The translations under genes and the position numbers were made by a program. From positions 38,874,001 to 38,938,000 of the forward strand of contig OX597816.1 in assembly GCA_951406725.2 (NCBI GenBank): a DNA stretch of 64,000 nucleotides, given 5' to 3'. This DNA comes from Octopus vulgaris. Taxonomy: Eukaryota. How positions within the stretch are numbered: the stretch's first letter is position 1; each line of letters opens with the position of its first letter. The notes under the pieces are model-generated. The model did not search any database. It worked only from the letters and a program-made list of their open reading frames with translations, and had not been told where the DNA came from. Of the stretch, positions 1-12,815 are shown piece by piece.

Positions 1-99
1 TTGGTAGGGGTGGGGGTGTTCTCAGACCCCCAGGAAAGAGACTGTCTACTGTGAAAGCTGGAACTAAGTGCCACTATCATCACGCAAGAGGTGTTCTTT

Positions 100-268
100 A
101 TTTTCAATCTTCTGTGAAAACACTTCTGGTCATGGAGGAATTTTATCTAGCTTGGAAACAGGTGAGGGCTAGTGACAGAAATGGCATCCAGACTTAGAAA
201 AGCCTGCCTCAACAGATTCTGTCCAACCCATGCCAGCATGGAAAAGTGAGCATTAAAATGATGATGAT
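100..268 (+). mobile_element. Old RTE-LINE 3'-tail fragment
   Basis: Ends tccaacccatgccagcatggaaaagtgagcattaaaatgatgatgat, like the RTE 3' end at 38776-38835. Confidence 0.55.
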
Positions 269-269
269 A

Positions 270-462
270 TTTCTTTCTACTAAAGGCACAAGGCCTTAAA
301 TTTGTGGGGAGGGGGCTAGTCAATTACATAGACCCAAGTGTTTTACTGGTACTTAATTTATCAACCCTGAAAGGATGAAAGGCAAAGTTGACCTTAGTGG
401 AATTTGAACTCAGATTGTAAAGACAGACGAAATACTGCTAAGTATTTTACCAGCTCGCCAGC
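270..462 (-). mobile_element. Nin-domain-type tRNA-derived SINE, diverged
   Basis: Reverse complement of the family at 25440-25675 (actggtacttaatttatc..aaggatgaaaggcaaagttgacc..gaatttgaactcag). Confidence 0.7.
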
Positions 463-493
463 TTTAAAATCATGGTGATAATGATGATACAAA

Positions 494-652
494 AGGCTTA
501 CACACAGATTCCTTCAACCAAAGACACTTACAAGGCATTGCTCAGCCTGGGGCTAAAGCAGAAGATACTTGCCCAAGATGCTACACAGTGGGACTGAACC
601 CACAGCTATCTGGTTGCAAAGTAAGCCTCATAACCACATAGCTCTTCCTGTG
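494..652 (-). mobile_element. OK-like SINE head fragment
   Basis: acttgcccaag..cagtgggactgaaccc..accacatagc is the reverse complement of the head at 9577. Confidence 0.65.
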
Positions 653-769
653 CCAAGTTTAATTTCACTAAACATGTCTTCAATTATGAGCCTGATAATT
701 ATTCTTCAGTTCTCTTTCATATTCAGTTTTTGGTCCCTTTTTCTATCAAACATGTATATCTAAAATAAT

Positions 770-992
770 TATTGATTTCAAATTTCTGCACAACGCCAGC
801 AACTTCGAGAGAGGAATGGTGTTAGTTGATTACATCAACCCTAGTGTTGAACTGGTACTTATTTTGTCGACTGCAAAAAAGATGAAAGGCAAAGCTGACC
901 TTGGTGGAATTTGAACTCAGAACGTAAGGACAGGTGAAATACTGCTAAACATTTTGCCTGACAGAGTAATGATTCCACCAGCCCACCACCTT
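770..992 (-). mobile_element. Nin-domain-type SINE, diverged
   Basis: actggtacttattttgtcgac..gatgaaaggcaaagctgacc..ggaatttgaactcagaacg. Confidence 0.7.
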
Positions 993-1404
993 TATATCTA
1001 AAGTAATTATTAACAGCAGTTTAAAGGATGTACATTGGCCAAGTGTTACCTCGTTCATATGTTACACTATACTTTAAATGAATTGCAAATGTACATTTAC
1101 AAACACATTTTTATCATCACAATGGTATATCTCTGAAGCAAATTATAATATATGATGCGCACATCTAAAACAATCAATATTTAACACATTTCTTTGTCAC
1201 TTTGATTTTTTTCTATTTTCATTCTTCTCTTTTTTTTTATATATATATATATTTAAACTAATTCTATAAGCACCTGAAACAAGCTCATGTATATTCTCTT
1301 TGACATATAGAAGCACTTATATCATTTACAAGAATAGATTTTTTTTTAGCAAATAGAGGATAACATTAGTGGCTTTATGAGAAAAAAAAACTATAAAGAA
1401 TGAC

Positions 1405-1570
1405 AGGTGTTTGTGCGTATGGGTGTGTGCGTGAGTGTGTGTGGGCATATGTGTGTGAATGTGTGTAAGTTTGTGTGTGTGTGTGAGTGCATATGTGTGT
1501 AAGTGTGTGTGTATGTGTGTGTGTGTGAGCATATGTAAATGTGTGTGTGTGTGTATGTGTGTGTGGTGGT
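1405..1570. repeat. Imperfect (TG)n microsatellite
   Basis: Seen directly. Confidence 0.9.
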
Positions 1571-2479
1571 AGGAATATCCATGGGCAAGTACCTGAAGAA
1601 GCAATTGTAAAATGGATGCTAAAATAATCACCACCATGTGGTAAGAAGCATTCTCGTGTATGGAACATTGAAAGACAAGGAAACAAGAGAAAAAAAAAAC
1701 ATGTAGCTTCAAGAAGAAAACAGTTTTGAATGGGTAAATTGTTTTCTTTTTTGTCGTTGTTGTTGTTGTTGTTTAACTCCTGGTCAGTTCAAACAAGAAA
1801 AAAACCCCACAGTCTAGAAAGATGGCACTATGAACTGATCTTGGTGTATTTCTCCCTTTTGTCTACAGCAAGAAATTTTCTCCCTGACAAAACACATTGA
1901 ATGGCTTATTTACAAGTCCAAATGTGTCACAAGCATATTTGAACTGCAAAGCATTTATACACATCACTGCTTATCACTCCTCCTCTGTAATTTGCTTACA
2001 GTTAGCTCCAGCTACACACCTTTACTTATGAACTACCACTTTTCCTATTGGTTCTGTGTATTTATGGAGCACTGCAGAGTCTAAAAAATTAGTGTGGTTT
2101 AAAAGAGCATATTGACTTCCCTCTTTTAAGAAGAATGATGATTAATTGTTTACATCAAAGGAAAGGGAACATGAGACTAAGGGCTCCTTTTGCTGTATCC
2201 CAATCAAATACAGTTTTTTATCGCAGTTGGGGTAATTTAAGAACCATTGACTGATATTATCATTCAATCAGCCAGAAACAGTAGCCAAATATCCCTTGAT
2301 TTAGGCTCTGTGATTTGAAAAGAGAGAAACACATTTGAAATCATAGCTTTTGATAAGAAATATCCAATTAAAGAACAAGATCGTCATGGGTGGAATGCTT
2401 GTGTCTTGTTTTTTTTTAGAATTTCATTCACACCTAGGAAAACTTGTATGAATATAAATCAATGACAGTACTTTGATAC

Positions 2480-2829
2480 TTCATTTTATCCCTGTATCTA
2501 TTTTTTTGTTAAACCTGGTACTTATTCTATTGATCTCTTTTTGCCAAACCACTAAGTTACAAGGATGTAAACATGCAAACATTAGTTGTCAAGCAGTGGT
2601 GGGGGACAAACACAGGCAAAAAGATACAACCCCACCACCACCCACACACACTCACACACATATATATATGACGGGCTTCTTTCAGCTTCCATCTACCAAA
2701 TCCACTCACAAGACTTTGGTCAGTCTCAGGCTATAGAAGAAGACACTTGTGCAAGGTGTCACATAGTGGGACTGAAACCAAAACCATGTGGTTGGGAAGC
2801 AACCCCTTAACACATAGCCATGCCTGCGT
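2480..2829 (-). mobile_element. OK-like SINE
   Basis: tRNA-like head, CORE-like ccttgggcaagtg, internal microsatellite and tail; colinear with the other copies. Confidence 0.8.
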
Positions 2830-3332
2830 CTTTCATAAGCCGAATATCCTAATAACTAGGTCATGCATCTTTACATTGGCGCAAAAAAAAAAAAAAAGAG
2901 AATGTGTTTCCTATCTTATGTGTATTGCATCATTTATTTCCAAGCTTAAATGCTTCCTGACTTGTCGATCTTGTGTCAGGGTTGTTTGAACAAGTTAAAC
3001 TTTAAATAAAGAAAATACGACAAAAGGTTTGGGAACCATTGATGTAAAAGCTTCTTCCTTGACTCAGTAGTGAGACCAATTTCTTTTAAGGCATATTGCA
3101 GACAGTCAGCACATTAATCTGTAATGATTGGTCATTTTACCTATCATGTGAGTTTTCAACATAGGTTGAGTCCTGTGCTGTGATTGATTGAGTATTGCGT
3201 GGGATTTGGATCGAAGGTCCAATCACATTGCATGTAATACATTTGCAAACAACTAATCAGTAAGTGCTCTGGAGCCTAGCTTTTCCCATAAATTTGTGTG
3301 AGTGATTTTTGTAAAGGCAGGTTATACTGATT

Positions 3333-3573
3333 CAGCTTGGAAGGGCGGCGAGCTGGCAGAAACGTTAGCACGCCAGGCAAAATGCGTAGCCGTATTTCAT
3401 CTGCTGTTACGTTCTGAGTTCAAATTCCGCCAAGGTCGACTTTGCCTTTCATCCTTTCGGGGTCGATAAATTAAGTACCAGTTACGCACTGGGGTCGATG
3501 TAATCGACTTAATCCTTTTGTCTGTCCTTGTTTGTTCCCTCTGTATTTAGCCCCTTGTGGGTAGTAAAGAAAT
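3333..3573 (+). mobile_element. Nin-domain-type SINE with 14-bp TSD
   Basis: ggcggcgagctggcagaaacg head, gagttcaaattcc B-box, cctttcatcctttcggggtcgataaattaagtacc core; TSD aggttatactgatt at 3319-3332 and 3574-3587. Confidence 0.9.
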
Positions 3574-3820
3574 AGGTTATACTGATTTTCTGCCATTTTT
3601 CATCAGAGAAAAATTAAAATTACGGAGCACATGTAACCAATGACGACACAAGCTGAATTGTCCAAATGATGGATGAAATGCAATCACCAGAGTTCATACT
3701 GTTTCTCACTTGATTCACCGTACCACTTTACAAAAGAATAAGGTCCCACTATTATTTTAAAGTTCATTTCTTTTGTTAATTCCACACATGAACATGCAAA
3801 ATATATTATATAATGAATGG

Positions 3821-4035
3821 TACTCTTTTACTTTGTTTCAGTAATTTGACTGTGGCCATGCTGGAGCACTGCCTTTAGTCAAGCAAATCGACCCCAGGAC
3901 TTATTCTTTGTAAGCCTAGTACTTACTCTATTGGTCTCTTTTGCTGAACTGCTAAGTTATGGGGACGTAAACATACCAGCATCAGTTGCAAGTGATGTTG
4001 GGGGGACAAACACAAACACAGACACACAAACATAT

Positions 4036-4094
<59 letters not shown>

Positions 4095-4259
4095 CACGAT
4101 GGGCTTCTTTCAGTTTCCGTCTACCAAATCCACTCACAAGGCTTTGGTCAGCCCAAGGCTACAGTAGAAGACACTTGCCCAAGGTGCCACGCAGTGGGAC
4201 TGAACCCAGAACCATGTGGTTCATAAGCAAGCTACTTACCACACAGCCACTCCTACACC
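3821..4259 (-). mobile_element. Full-length OK-like SINE
   Basis: Complete head-(TA)n-tail architecture, about 440 bp. Confidence 0.88.
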
Positions 4260-4484
4260 TAAAACCAAAGGAGACTTTGAGATCCACCACAAAAGCTCAA
4301 TTATTTAATTATTTTTAAATTGCATTTATTAACCAGATAATCAGCCGGAAAAAAAAACCCAATTATAATGATGTGTCGTGAAAAGACTTTTTTTTTTCCT
4401 TGTTAATTATTAACAAATGTGACAAAAACACAAACCAGCTGTCACCAGTAAGTTTATTTAAACCAAGAATCTTAAGATTTGTTG

Positions 4485-4486
4485 GA

Positions 4487-4558
<72 letters not shown>

Positions 4559-4560
4559 AT
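4485..4560. repeat. (GAAA)n microsatellite
   Basis: Seen directly; another at 5684-5731. Confidence 0.95.
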
Positions 4561-4943
4561 GAAAGAAGGAAAGGACAAAAGAAAGAAAAGAAAAGCTGAT
4601 AATTCATTTACATTTGTTATTGCAAATTTGAAGTTTTTTAGTAAATCACAAAGGTAAATTATTATAATTACTTCATAAATTATGCAGTTCCATTTTTGTT
4701 ATTAACATTTATGTCAAATGTTATTTCATTATATCTGAATAGCAAATGGTTTGGCTTACAACAGCCATTGTCTATGACAAAATAAACAAGAAGACTGAAA
4801 GACGTCAGAATGGTTTTGTTTTGTTTTTTATTTTATTTGATTTTTTGCTTCTCGGTTATTGTTGTTTTGTTTTGATTTGACTTACTTTATTATTATTATT
4901 ATTTTTATTTTCAATTATGTTTAAACTATTGTTTATGGTCTAT

Positions 4944-4951
4944 ATGTGTGT

Positions 4952-4984
<33 letters not shown>

Positions 4985-5147
4985 CACATGTGTGTGTGTG
5001 TGTGCACATGTGTATTTGTGTCTGTACACATGTGTGTTTGTGTGTGTGTGCACGTACATATGTGTGTTTGTGTGTGTGTGTGCACATGTGTATGTGTGTC
5101 TGTACACGTGTGTGTTTGTGTGTGTGTGCACGTGCATATGTGTGTTT

Positions 5148-5206
<59 letters not shown>
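4944..5206. repeat. Compound (TG)n microsatellite
   Basis: Seen directly. Confidence 0.95.
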
Positions 5207-5209
<3 letters not shown>

Positions 5210-5685
5210 CTATCCACCCATCTATACATACATACAAAAGACATTCAGAATATTTAAATGTCATTTGTTTTTTTTTAAATTTGACCTTTATTTATTTATT
5301 TATTTATTTATCTATTCATTTATTCATTCATTAATAAATTTATTAAATCATTTATTTAATTTATTTATTTACTTATTTTAAAATATTATTTATTCGAAAC
5401 CATTTCAGATTTTGGACTTCTTGGAAAGTTTGTTCATTTGCTCTGTAATGAGGTAAACACGAACAACTGTATTGCCAAAAGCATCTAAAGTGTCTGGATG
5501 TCCCAGTTTTTCAAGACTGTTCCCAGTTTCCAAACAGTGGTTCCAGTGTCACAAGAGGATGCTTTGGCACTCAATAATTTATTCTGGCTTTGATTTTAAA
5601 TAAATTTCAAAAATAAGTTCCCGCTTTGAACTTCTTTGTAAATATTTTCAGGTTTGCTTTTATGTAAGTTTTATACTGGGGGGAA

Positions 5686-5732
<47 letters not shown>

Positions 5733-6089
5733 GCACAATTAGTAAAGGTCTTAATACTGAATACTTTACCAAATGATAGATCAGAAACTGTAGCTAATTA
5801 TTATAAAGAAATACTTGAATAAGAAGTTGAAAGAAATATAAGAGATGCTTTGCCCCACACAGAAACAGCATGAACTTCTTAAAGCAGTTGCAAGCTCTTG
5901 TCCTGGTAATGACTAAAGTCATCACAATACTGGTAACTTTTCCATATCAGCAGCAGGTATCTCAGGATAAGTAACAAGTGCTTTGCGCCTTAGCCTATAC
6001 GCTTTAACTAAGTGGGGCAGTGAAAACTGAATTAGCCTTAGCCTGTGAAGGGGTTCCGTTTGTGGTTTCTCATCAACCACAACATTCTT

Positions 6090-6890
6090 GGCAGAGGTGT
6101 GTAGCTTAGTGGTTAGAGTGTTGCACTCATTGTTGTAATACTGTGGTTTCAATTCCTAGATCTGATTACGTGTTATATACTTGTGCAAAACACTTCATTT
6201 CATATTGCTCCAGCTCACTCAGCTGACAAAAGTGACTAATCTTTCAACAGATTGACTCTTGTTTAGTGGGGGGGGGGGGGTAAGCAATATATATATAGAG
6301 AATACCAAACGAGTTCCCTATGGATACCGTATTTATTACAACAAGTGGCTTGTAAATGTATCTAACGAGCAAAAGCGAGTCAGATACGTTTACAAGCCAC
6401 GAGTTGTAATAAATACGGTATCCATAGGGAATGAGTTTGGTATTTTATTTATTACACACGAATAAACGACCATATTTTATTAACCCAATAACTAAATTCT
6501 TCACATCGTGTTGAAGCGTGCATGAATACAGCTTGATTTCACGTCAGTGACGTCACAATGTGTAACTGTAAAAGATGTCATGCCGCAGGAAGATAGTCCG
6601 ACTTTATAGCGCTAAGTTTTCAGGTGAAATGACTGATAACTGATGACTGTTTAACATTTTGTTAACATTCAAGTTCACGTTCAAGAAATACATAACACAG
6701 ATTGAATCTTCAATAACTTTAATAATACTCAAAAGTAGTGCCGTCACCATGACCTCGGGTCATCACCATGGATTGACCAATCAGAAGCAGCGCTTGCAGT
6801 ATCTGACATATGTTAGATACCAAAAATATCTCAAAGTGTTCTCACTCACATGTGTGTAATAAATATATATACCACAGAATCTGGGAAACT
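6090..6890 (+). mobile_element. Old CORE-type SINE split by an insertion at about 6290-6870
   Basis: Head agcttagtggttagagtg, CORE-like cttgtgcaaaacacttcattt; resumes as accacagaatctgggaaact (compare 53310-53515). Confidence 0.5.
6290..6870. mobile_element. Non-autonomous DNA element with a terminal 144-bp palindrome, inserted in an ATAT run
   Basis: Arms 6301-6363 and 6382-6444; tttattacaca (about 6448) inverted against tgtgtaataaa (about 6853-6863); atatat on both sides. Confidence 0.55.
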
Positions 6891-7689
6891 TCGAACTGGT
6901 TTCAGCTATCATAGCTGCCTCCTTGCCTAGCTAAAGAAAAATGTGAATTATCTGGAGCAGACAGTGATTGATTGCATATTTTAAAAATAATTTTAATGTT
7001 TTTATACATTGTTATTTTAACCTTTAGAATTTTTGTGATTTGTTCTTCAATAAATAATTTAACAAAGTACACTCTGTGTATGTAAACTGAGATTCTTTCC
7101 TGTTGTAGTAACATATTAGAAAAATATGGTCACCCTATTGACATCACAATCATCGTCAACACAAATGCAACTAATAGCAAACAATACCTCATTTGTTTAT
7201 GATCATTTTTAAAATTAAATATTACACTCTGTACTCAACTAAAGCATTATTCTGAAATATATGTATATTGAGTTCTAACACTAGGTTATTAGTGTCATTA
7301 TATCTAAGCAGAATATATAAACACACACACACACATGGACTTAAATTTATAGTTATCCCAAATTCTGACAAATCAAATTAAAAGTTCTGAGGGCTTTTTT
7401 AAAAATAAATTTTTGACTACAAGACTAGGGCTATTTACAAAAGTTCATCATATGTGAAAACAAAACATGGTCTAAACCTTTGATGAGCAAGAGTTAAAAC
7501 TTAGAGAAACATGTCTCTAAAGACATAAAAGAAGAAGAGCAAAATCATTGGAGTGTCTAGAGAAAAATTCTTCAGCTTTAATTAAAAAAAGCTTACAAAG
7601 GAGAAGCCACTGTAATAATGTGCAAGAGCAATTGTGGAGAAATAACCTAAGAGCAACCAAAAGAAAAATTAAAGAAATTGGTACAGATA

Positions 7690-8720
7690 ACAAACGATGA
7701 ACAAAACTGGAAAATTAACAAATTCAAAAGCAATTAAACAGGGAAAGAGTTTGATTGTCAAATTTTTGAGGTAAAATCAAACAACTTTTGTGGAGTATTA
7801 AAAATTTGTAAGTCTAAATAAATGTACATCATCTTAATGAATCCCTATACATTATATATAAAGATTGCCAAGCTGTCAGTTAAAAGGGACAGCAATGGGC
7901 ACAACAGTTGCACCCACAATTGTAGCAATAGTGATAGGATCCGTAAAAGAAAAAAAAATTATGTGCAACCAGAGATTATTTTTTGTATCAGAGTTGCAAA
8001 ACCTATTAAAAGAAAATTGGAAAAGATTTCTTGATGGCTGTTTTATAGTTTGAAAGAAAAATATGGAAGATTTTAAAAATTAATTACATTTATGAATTAA
8101 TGAAATTCACTATAGAAATGAATAGAAACCAGCTTCTACTTCTGCAAAGTCTAATAATTAAAAAAGCATTAGATCCATACTGTGAAGAAATGGCTATACA
8201 CCAGTGTATATCTGTCCATATTAAAAGAAATAAATAATTATAGTATGAGAAGACATATATGTACGAAAGATACAGATTCAACTAGATGAGAGTTATGACT
8301 GGAATAATGAAGAATATTCTTTCAGAAATGAAAATACCCAAAAGACTTAAAGTCATAACCAAGGCAAAATAAATACAAACCTTGACTTACAAAGAAACTC
8401 ACACAACGAGGAGGTGGAAGCAAACAGAAATATTTCATTTTCTAGTCCTAGAATCCCAGAAACCACAAAATCCTCAAAACAATAGCTTAAACTTCTACAC
8501 CAGTCATCAAGTCTAAGTAAACCTATTAAAGTTCCACAAATTATTAATGAACAAAGACAACCGGTAGTTTTCAAAAGACTTTCAAAAGCCAAATTTACAT
8601 TGGACGAAGAAATTATAAGAGTACCAAAATAGGATCCTCCATAGCAGGATGTGTGATTTGATTGAGTGGGGTGAAATAAAATAAATTCAAGAATGGGAGA
8701 AAATACAAGATGCCGATGTT
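7690..8720 (+). pseudogene. Highly decayed Penelope-like RT
   Basis: Fragments KSNNFCGVLKICKSK, KGTAMGTTVAP, WKRFLDGCFI, RQP and KAKF occur in the same order as KPSNFYGLPKIHKSK, RGTAMGTRFAP, WKRYLDDCFI, RQP and KAKF in the 31856 ORF. Confidence 0.75.
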
Positions 8721-9576
8721 AGACTGACCAACAGATTAAGTCTACCACCCAAGAACTTATAATGCAAAGATCTAAAACAAACACTTTAGGCATACCCATA
8801 CGATGCTCTAACAGCTTTGTTACCTTATTATCATGGACTTTATTTTATTGATACTGAAAGGTTAAAAGACAAAATTAACCTCAGCAGATTTGAACTCAGA
8901 GTGAAGAGAGCTAAAACAAACAATAGCTAAAGAAGAAAAGAAGGATTTGTATTTTGAATATACAGAGATAAAATTTAATACCGAAATACAATTAATCGGT
9001 TGTTAACTGTTTGTGACACTTAAATGATTTCGTCCCAATGGTATATTTAGGTCAACTTAATTTAGTTAAATTCTTTCATTGTATTGTATACCCTTATGTA
9101 TAGTTACAGACAATAAAAAAAAAAGAAAAAGAACTGTTATCACAGTAGTTAACTTGTGTTAAATCATCAGCGTGGCTTATTACTGATGCAGTTGATTGAG
9201 TAATTAAATTTCATGATTATTCTTGCTATGATATTAATTAAACATCAAAAAATAGAATTGACATTTTCTGCTTCGGCAATACTTTTTTCAGTATGTCCTG
9301 TGTGGTTTTCATATCCACCACTAAAAGTATTTGACTCTTTCTCTGTAATAACATATTTGATAAAATATGTAGAAAAAAATTTAGAAAATCTGAAAAAATT
9401 GTCTTTTGTAAAAAGTGTTACTGGGGGTGCCTTAGCTTTTTGCAGCATAAGGAGGTGTTTTTTTTCCTTTTCTTTTTTTAAATTGTAGGGTAAAACCACT
9501 TTTCTGCAGTTGATAATAATAAAGTTTAGAGCAGATATATTTGCTTTTCCTGTTCAATAGATTAATTAGATATGTT

Positions 9577-9737
9577 AGGTGCAAGCATGGCTGTGTGGTA
9601 AGAAGATTACTTCTCAACCACATGGTTCTGGGTTCAGTCCCACTGCGTGGTACCTTGGGCAAGTGTCTTTTACTGTAGCGTTGAGCTTATCAAAGCCTTG
9701 TGAGTGGATTTGGTAGATGCAAACTGAAAGAAGCCCG

Positions 9738-9779
<42 letters not shown>

Positions 9780-10188
9780 TGTATATCTCATAGTGGTTGG
9801 CATGAGGAAAGGCATCAAGCTGTAGAAACCTTGCCCAATCAGATTGGAGACTGTCGCAGCCTGCTGGCTTGCCAGTCCTCAGTCAAATCGTCCAACCCAT
9901 GCCAGCATGGAAAGCGAGCGTTAAATGATGATGATGATGATAATGATAATAATGATGATGATGATGATGATGATGATGATATTTTATGTGTGTGTGTGTC
10001 TATATTTGTACCCCCACTGTTGCTTGACAACCAATACTGATGTGTTTATGTCCCCGTAACACAGCAGTTTGGTAATAGAGACCGATATAATAAGCCCTGG
10101 GGTTGATTTCTTCGACTAAAACCCTTTAAGGCAGTGCTCCAGCATGGCCACAGTCAAATGACTGAAACAAGTAAAAGAATAAAAGAAT
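9577..10188 (+). mobile_element. OK-like SINE with a nested RTE-tail copy (about 9790-9978)
   Basis: Head ggctgtgtggtaagaag..gggttcagtcccactgcg; tail gactgaaacaagtaaaag; insert ends in (gat)n. Confidence 0.85.
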
Positions 10189-10404
10189 ATATTACAACTT
10201 TAAGGGGTAGGCAATTGTTTATATTGTCTTCAACAGGATTTAAGCTCAGAGCTCAGAAGCCCAGAACAAATAAAGCATCAGATCAGTCCCTCAATAAGTG
10301 TTTTATTTCAAAGAGAACTTTAGTATCAGAGATTACTTCTAATGTTTTAAAAGAATGAAAAAAAAACAAAAATTTAAAAGGACATATGCCAAATTAATTT
10401 TCCG

Positions 10405-10790
10405 GCCTGGCTGTGTGATAAAAAGCTTGCTTCCCAACCACATAGTTTCAGGTTCAGTCCAACTGCATGGCACTTTGGGCAATTGTTTTGAACAAAGCCT
10501 TCTAAGCTGATTTGGATGGAAACCCATTGTATACACACACATAGATATATATTGATCTGTGTGTGTGTGTGTGTGTCTTTGTGTTTGTATTTGTCCCTCA
10601 CTCTCACTTAATAACTGGTGCTGATGTGTTTATGCCCCTGTTACTTCAGCAAAAAAGACTGATAGAATTGGTACTAGGCTTAGCAAAAGATAAGCATTGA
10701 GATTGATTCATTCAACTAAAACTTCTTCAAAGTAGTGCCCCAGCATGACCACAGTCAAATGACTGAAACAAGTAAAAGTTAAAAGATAAA
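10405..10790 (+). mobile_element. OK-like SINE, diverged
   Basis: Same head and tail motifs. Confidence 0.75.
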
Positions 10791-11441
10791 GATACATAGA
10801 AAATAAATTTTCAGAAACTTTTCTTTTTTTTTTATATATTTACATAGTTACATACAAAATATAAATGTCTAGCTTGGTTTCTGCTTAGTTTAATATTTGA
10901 TATGATATTCGATAAGATTCATGTCTTTAAAATTTAAATGCTATGTGTATTTCACCGAAGAGAGGAATGTATCTCTTATTATAAAAGGCAGATTTTATCT
11001 GCCTCCCTTTGTCAGTTATAGAAATCTACAATATAGGATTTCTTCAATTACAATTTACTTAGCATTTTTAAGAGTAGAATGCATCGGGTTTTGCCAGGTC
11101 CACTTTTTAAAATTTAAACTCCAATTAAGCAAAATTTACAGAAAACTCACATTCTGGTGTGTATGTCAAATGCTTTTCTTAATGTGTTTTACACCACACG
11201 CACACGCACACACACAGTGTGCAATGAATAAAATGAAAGTAATTCACCTTTTGTAGTGAGTGACTCTTTCAGTCTGCCACTTCCTCTTTACACACATAGA
11301 CACGCAAATATATAAATAAAATTGTAAGCTAACGTGCGTGTGTGTGAGTGTGTGTGTGCGTGTGTGTGTGTGTGTGTGAGGGTGCGTGTGTGTGTGTGTG
11401 GGTGTGTGTGCGTGCGTGTGCGTGAGTGTGTGGCAGGAAAG

Positions 11442-11910
11442 TATTTTAGGACGAATATAAGACCTATATCGGCGATGTTTCGCTTGTCGTAGCACAGGTT
11501 TCCGTCGATTTCCGTAAAAAACTTTTATTTTTTTACATAAGTAATGAGAGCGAAAGAGACTAAGAGAAAGCGATTGTATGACGAGGGAAGTTCTTTTGAA
11601 GTTACCGTGCATGGGACGCATTGATGTACATGTGTGTGTGTTTGATGGAGTGTGGGAGACAGACAGTATGTTGTGTAAGTGAAGTGCTTCTGTTAGTGTG
11701 TGTGAAGAGACAGAGAGAGTAATGTGTGAAAGAGAGAGATAACTGAAATTTTTTACTCGGTTTATGTGTATATGTATGTATGCATGTATGTGTGTGTGTA
11801 TGTATGTGTGTGTGTATGTATGTATGTATGTATGGCCAATTCAGTGTTTACATTTTTTACGGAAATCGACGGAAACATGTGCTACGACAAGCGAAACATC
11901 GCCCCTATAT
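11442..11910. repeat. Inverted repeat, arms about 60 bp (about 11465-11520 and 11853-11910)
   Basis: ggcgatgtttcgcttgtcgtagcacaggtttccgtcgatttccgtaaaaa versus tttttacggaaatcgacggaaacatgtgctacgacaagcgaaacatcgcc. Confidence 0.85.
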
Positions 11911-11911
11911 C

Positions 11912-12307
11912 CAAGTAGCAGAAAGATCGCCCAAAAGTGTATATAGATATTTAAATGTATTTATATATTCATCTATACACAGATGTATGTATAATGTGTG
12001 TGTATATATTTCCATACACGTAACCATTCACTCCGCACAAAGTTTTTTAGGACGAAAATAAGATCTAAAGTTATCTCTAAGTAGCACAGAGATCGCCCAA
12101 AAGTGTATATAGATATATAAATGTATTTATATATTCATCTATGCACACATGTATGTATAACATGTGTGTATATATTTCCATAGAGGTAACCATTCACTCC
12201 ATACAAAGTTTTTTAGCACGAAAATAAGATCTAAAGTTATCTCTAAGAAACAGAAAGATCGCCCAAAAGTGTATTTAATCCATACAAAGTTTTTTAGGAC
12301 GAAAATA
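11912..12307. repeat. 166-bp tandem repeat, two units plus a partial third
   Basis: gatcgcccaaaagtgt recurs at 11925, 12091 and 12257. Confidence 0.9.
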
Positions 12308-12815
12308 TCTATATATATATAAAACTCTAGTTGTGTGAGTGTCTGTCCCCTTCGATTTAGATTCCTAACTCCTCCCACATTTTGCGGTGCAATTTAACCA
12401 AATTCGGGTATCTTATAGTCGTGATTCATATCGAGCCCGTCTGACTATTAGCGCGCGTCAACGATGAGTCTACGATTTTAAAAATAATTTAACATCATTT
12501 TTTATTCCATTTTAATGCATAAAATGCATCGTGTGTCGATGGCGGCGGAGTTGGCGTCCATGGTCACAGCTGCACCTGTTTGCTTCTCCCCCTTCCCTCC
12601 CTCGTGAAGCTGTGGGGAAGGGAGTGTAAAGAAATCAACGTCGTAATGCGTTGTGAAGGAAACCAGCGTTCTTTTAGAACAACGACTTCATGGCTTGAAG
12701 ACACCAAAACAAAAATGGCTAAGAAAGCCCGAATTTATAAGGGAAGTAACTCTCTAAAAATGCTTATATAGTTATTTCCCTTACAAATCCGAGCAATGCC
12801 GGGCGATACTGCTAG
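12308..12815 (+). mobile_element. Non-autonomous Helitron
   Basis: a|TC start; 3' hairpin ccgagcaatgccggg followed by CTAG|t; homologous to 61730-62127. Confidence 0.85.

Larger units (their letters stand above)
5487..7137. mobile_element. Possible ancient hAT remnant carrying nested insertions
   Basis: Right end aaaatatggtcacccta reads TAGGGTGACCATA on the minus strand (hAT-type terminus); left end has gatgtcccagtttt/gttcccagttt subterminal repeats. Confidence 0.3.

Noticed and set aside
1790-2220. Very old LINE RT fragment on the minus strand (NYRG-like words)
   Set aside because: Only isolated short motifs; cannot be supported without a search.
1326-5334. HT/CV/KERK-rich ORFs here and throughout the window
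   Set aside because: Dinucleotide and tetranucleotide repeat translations.
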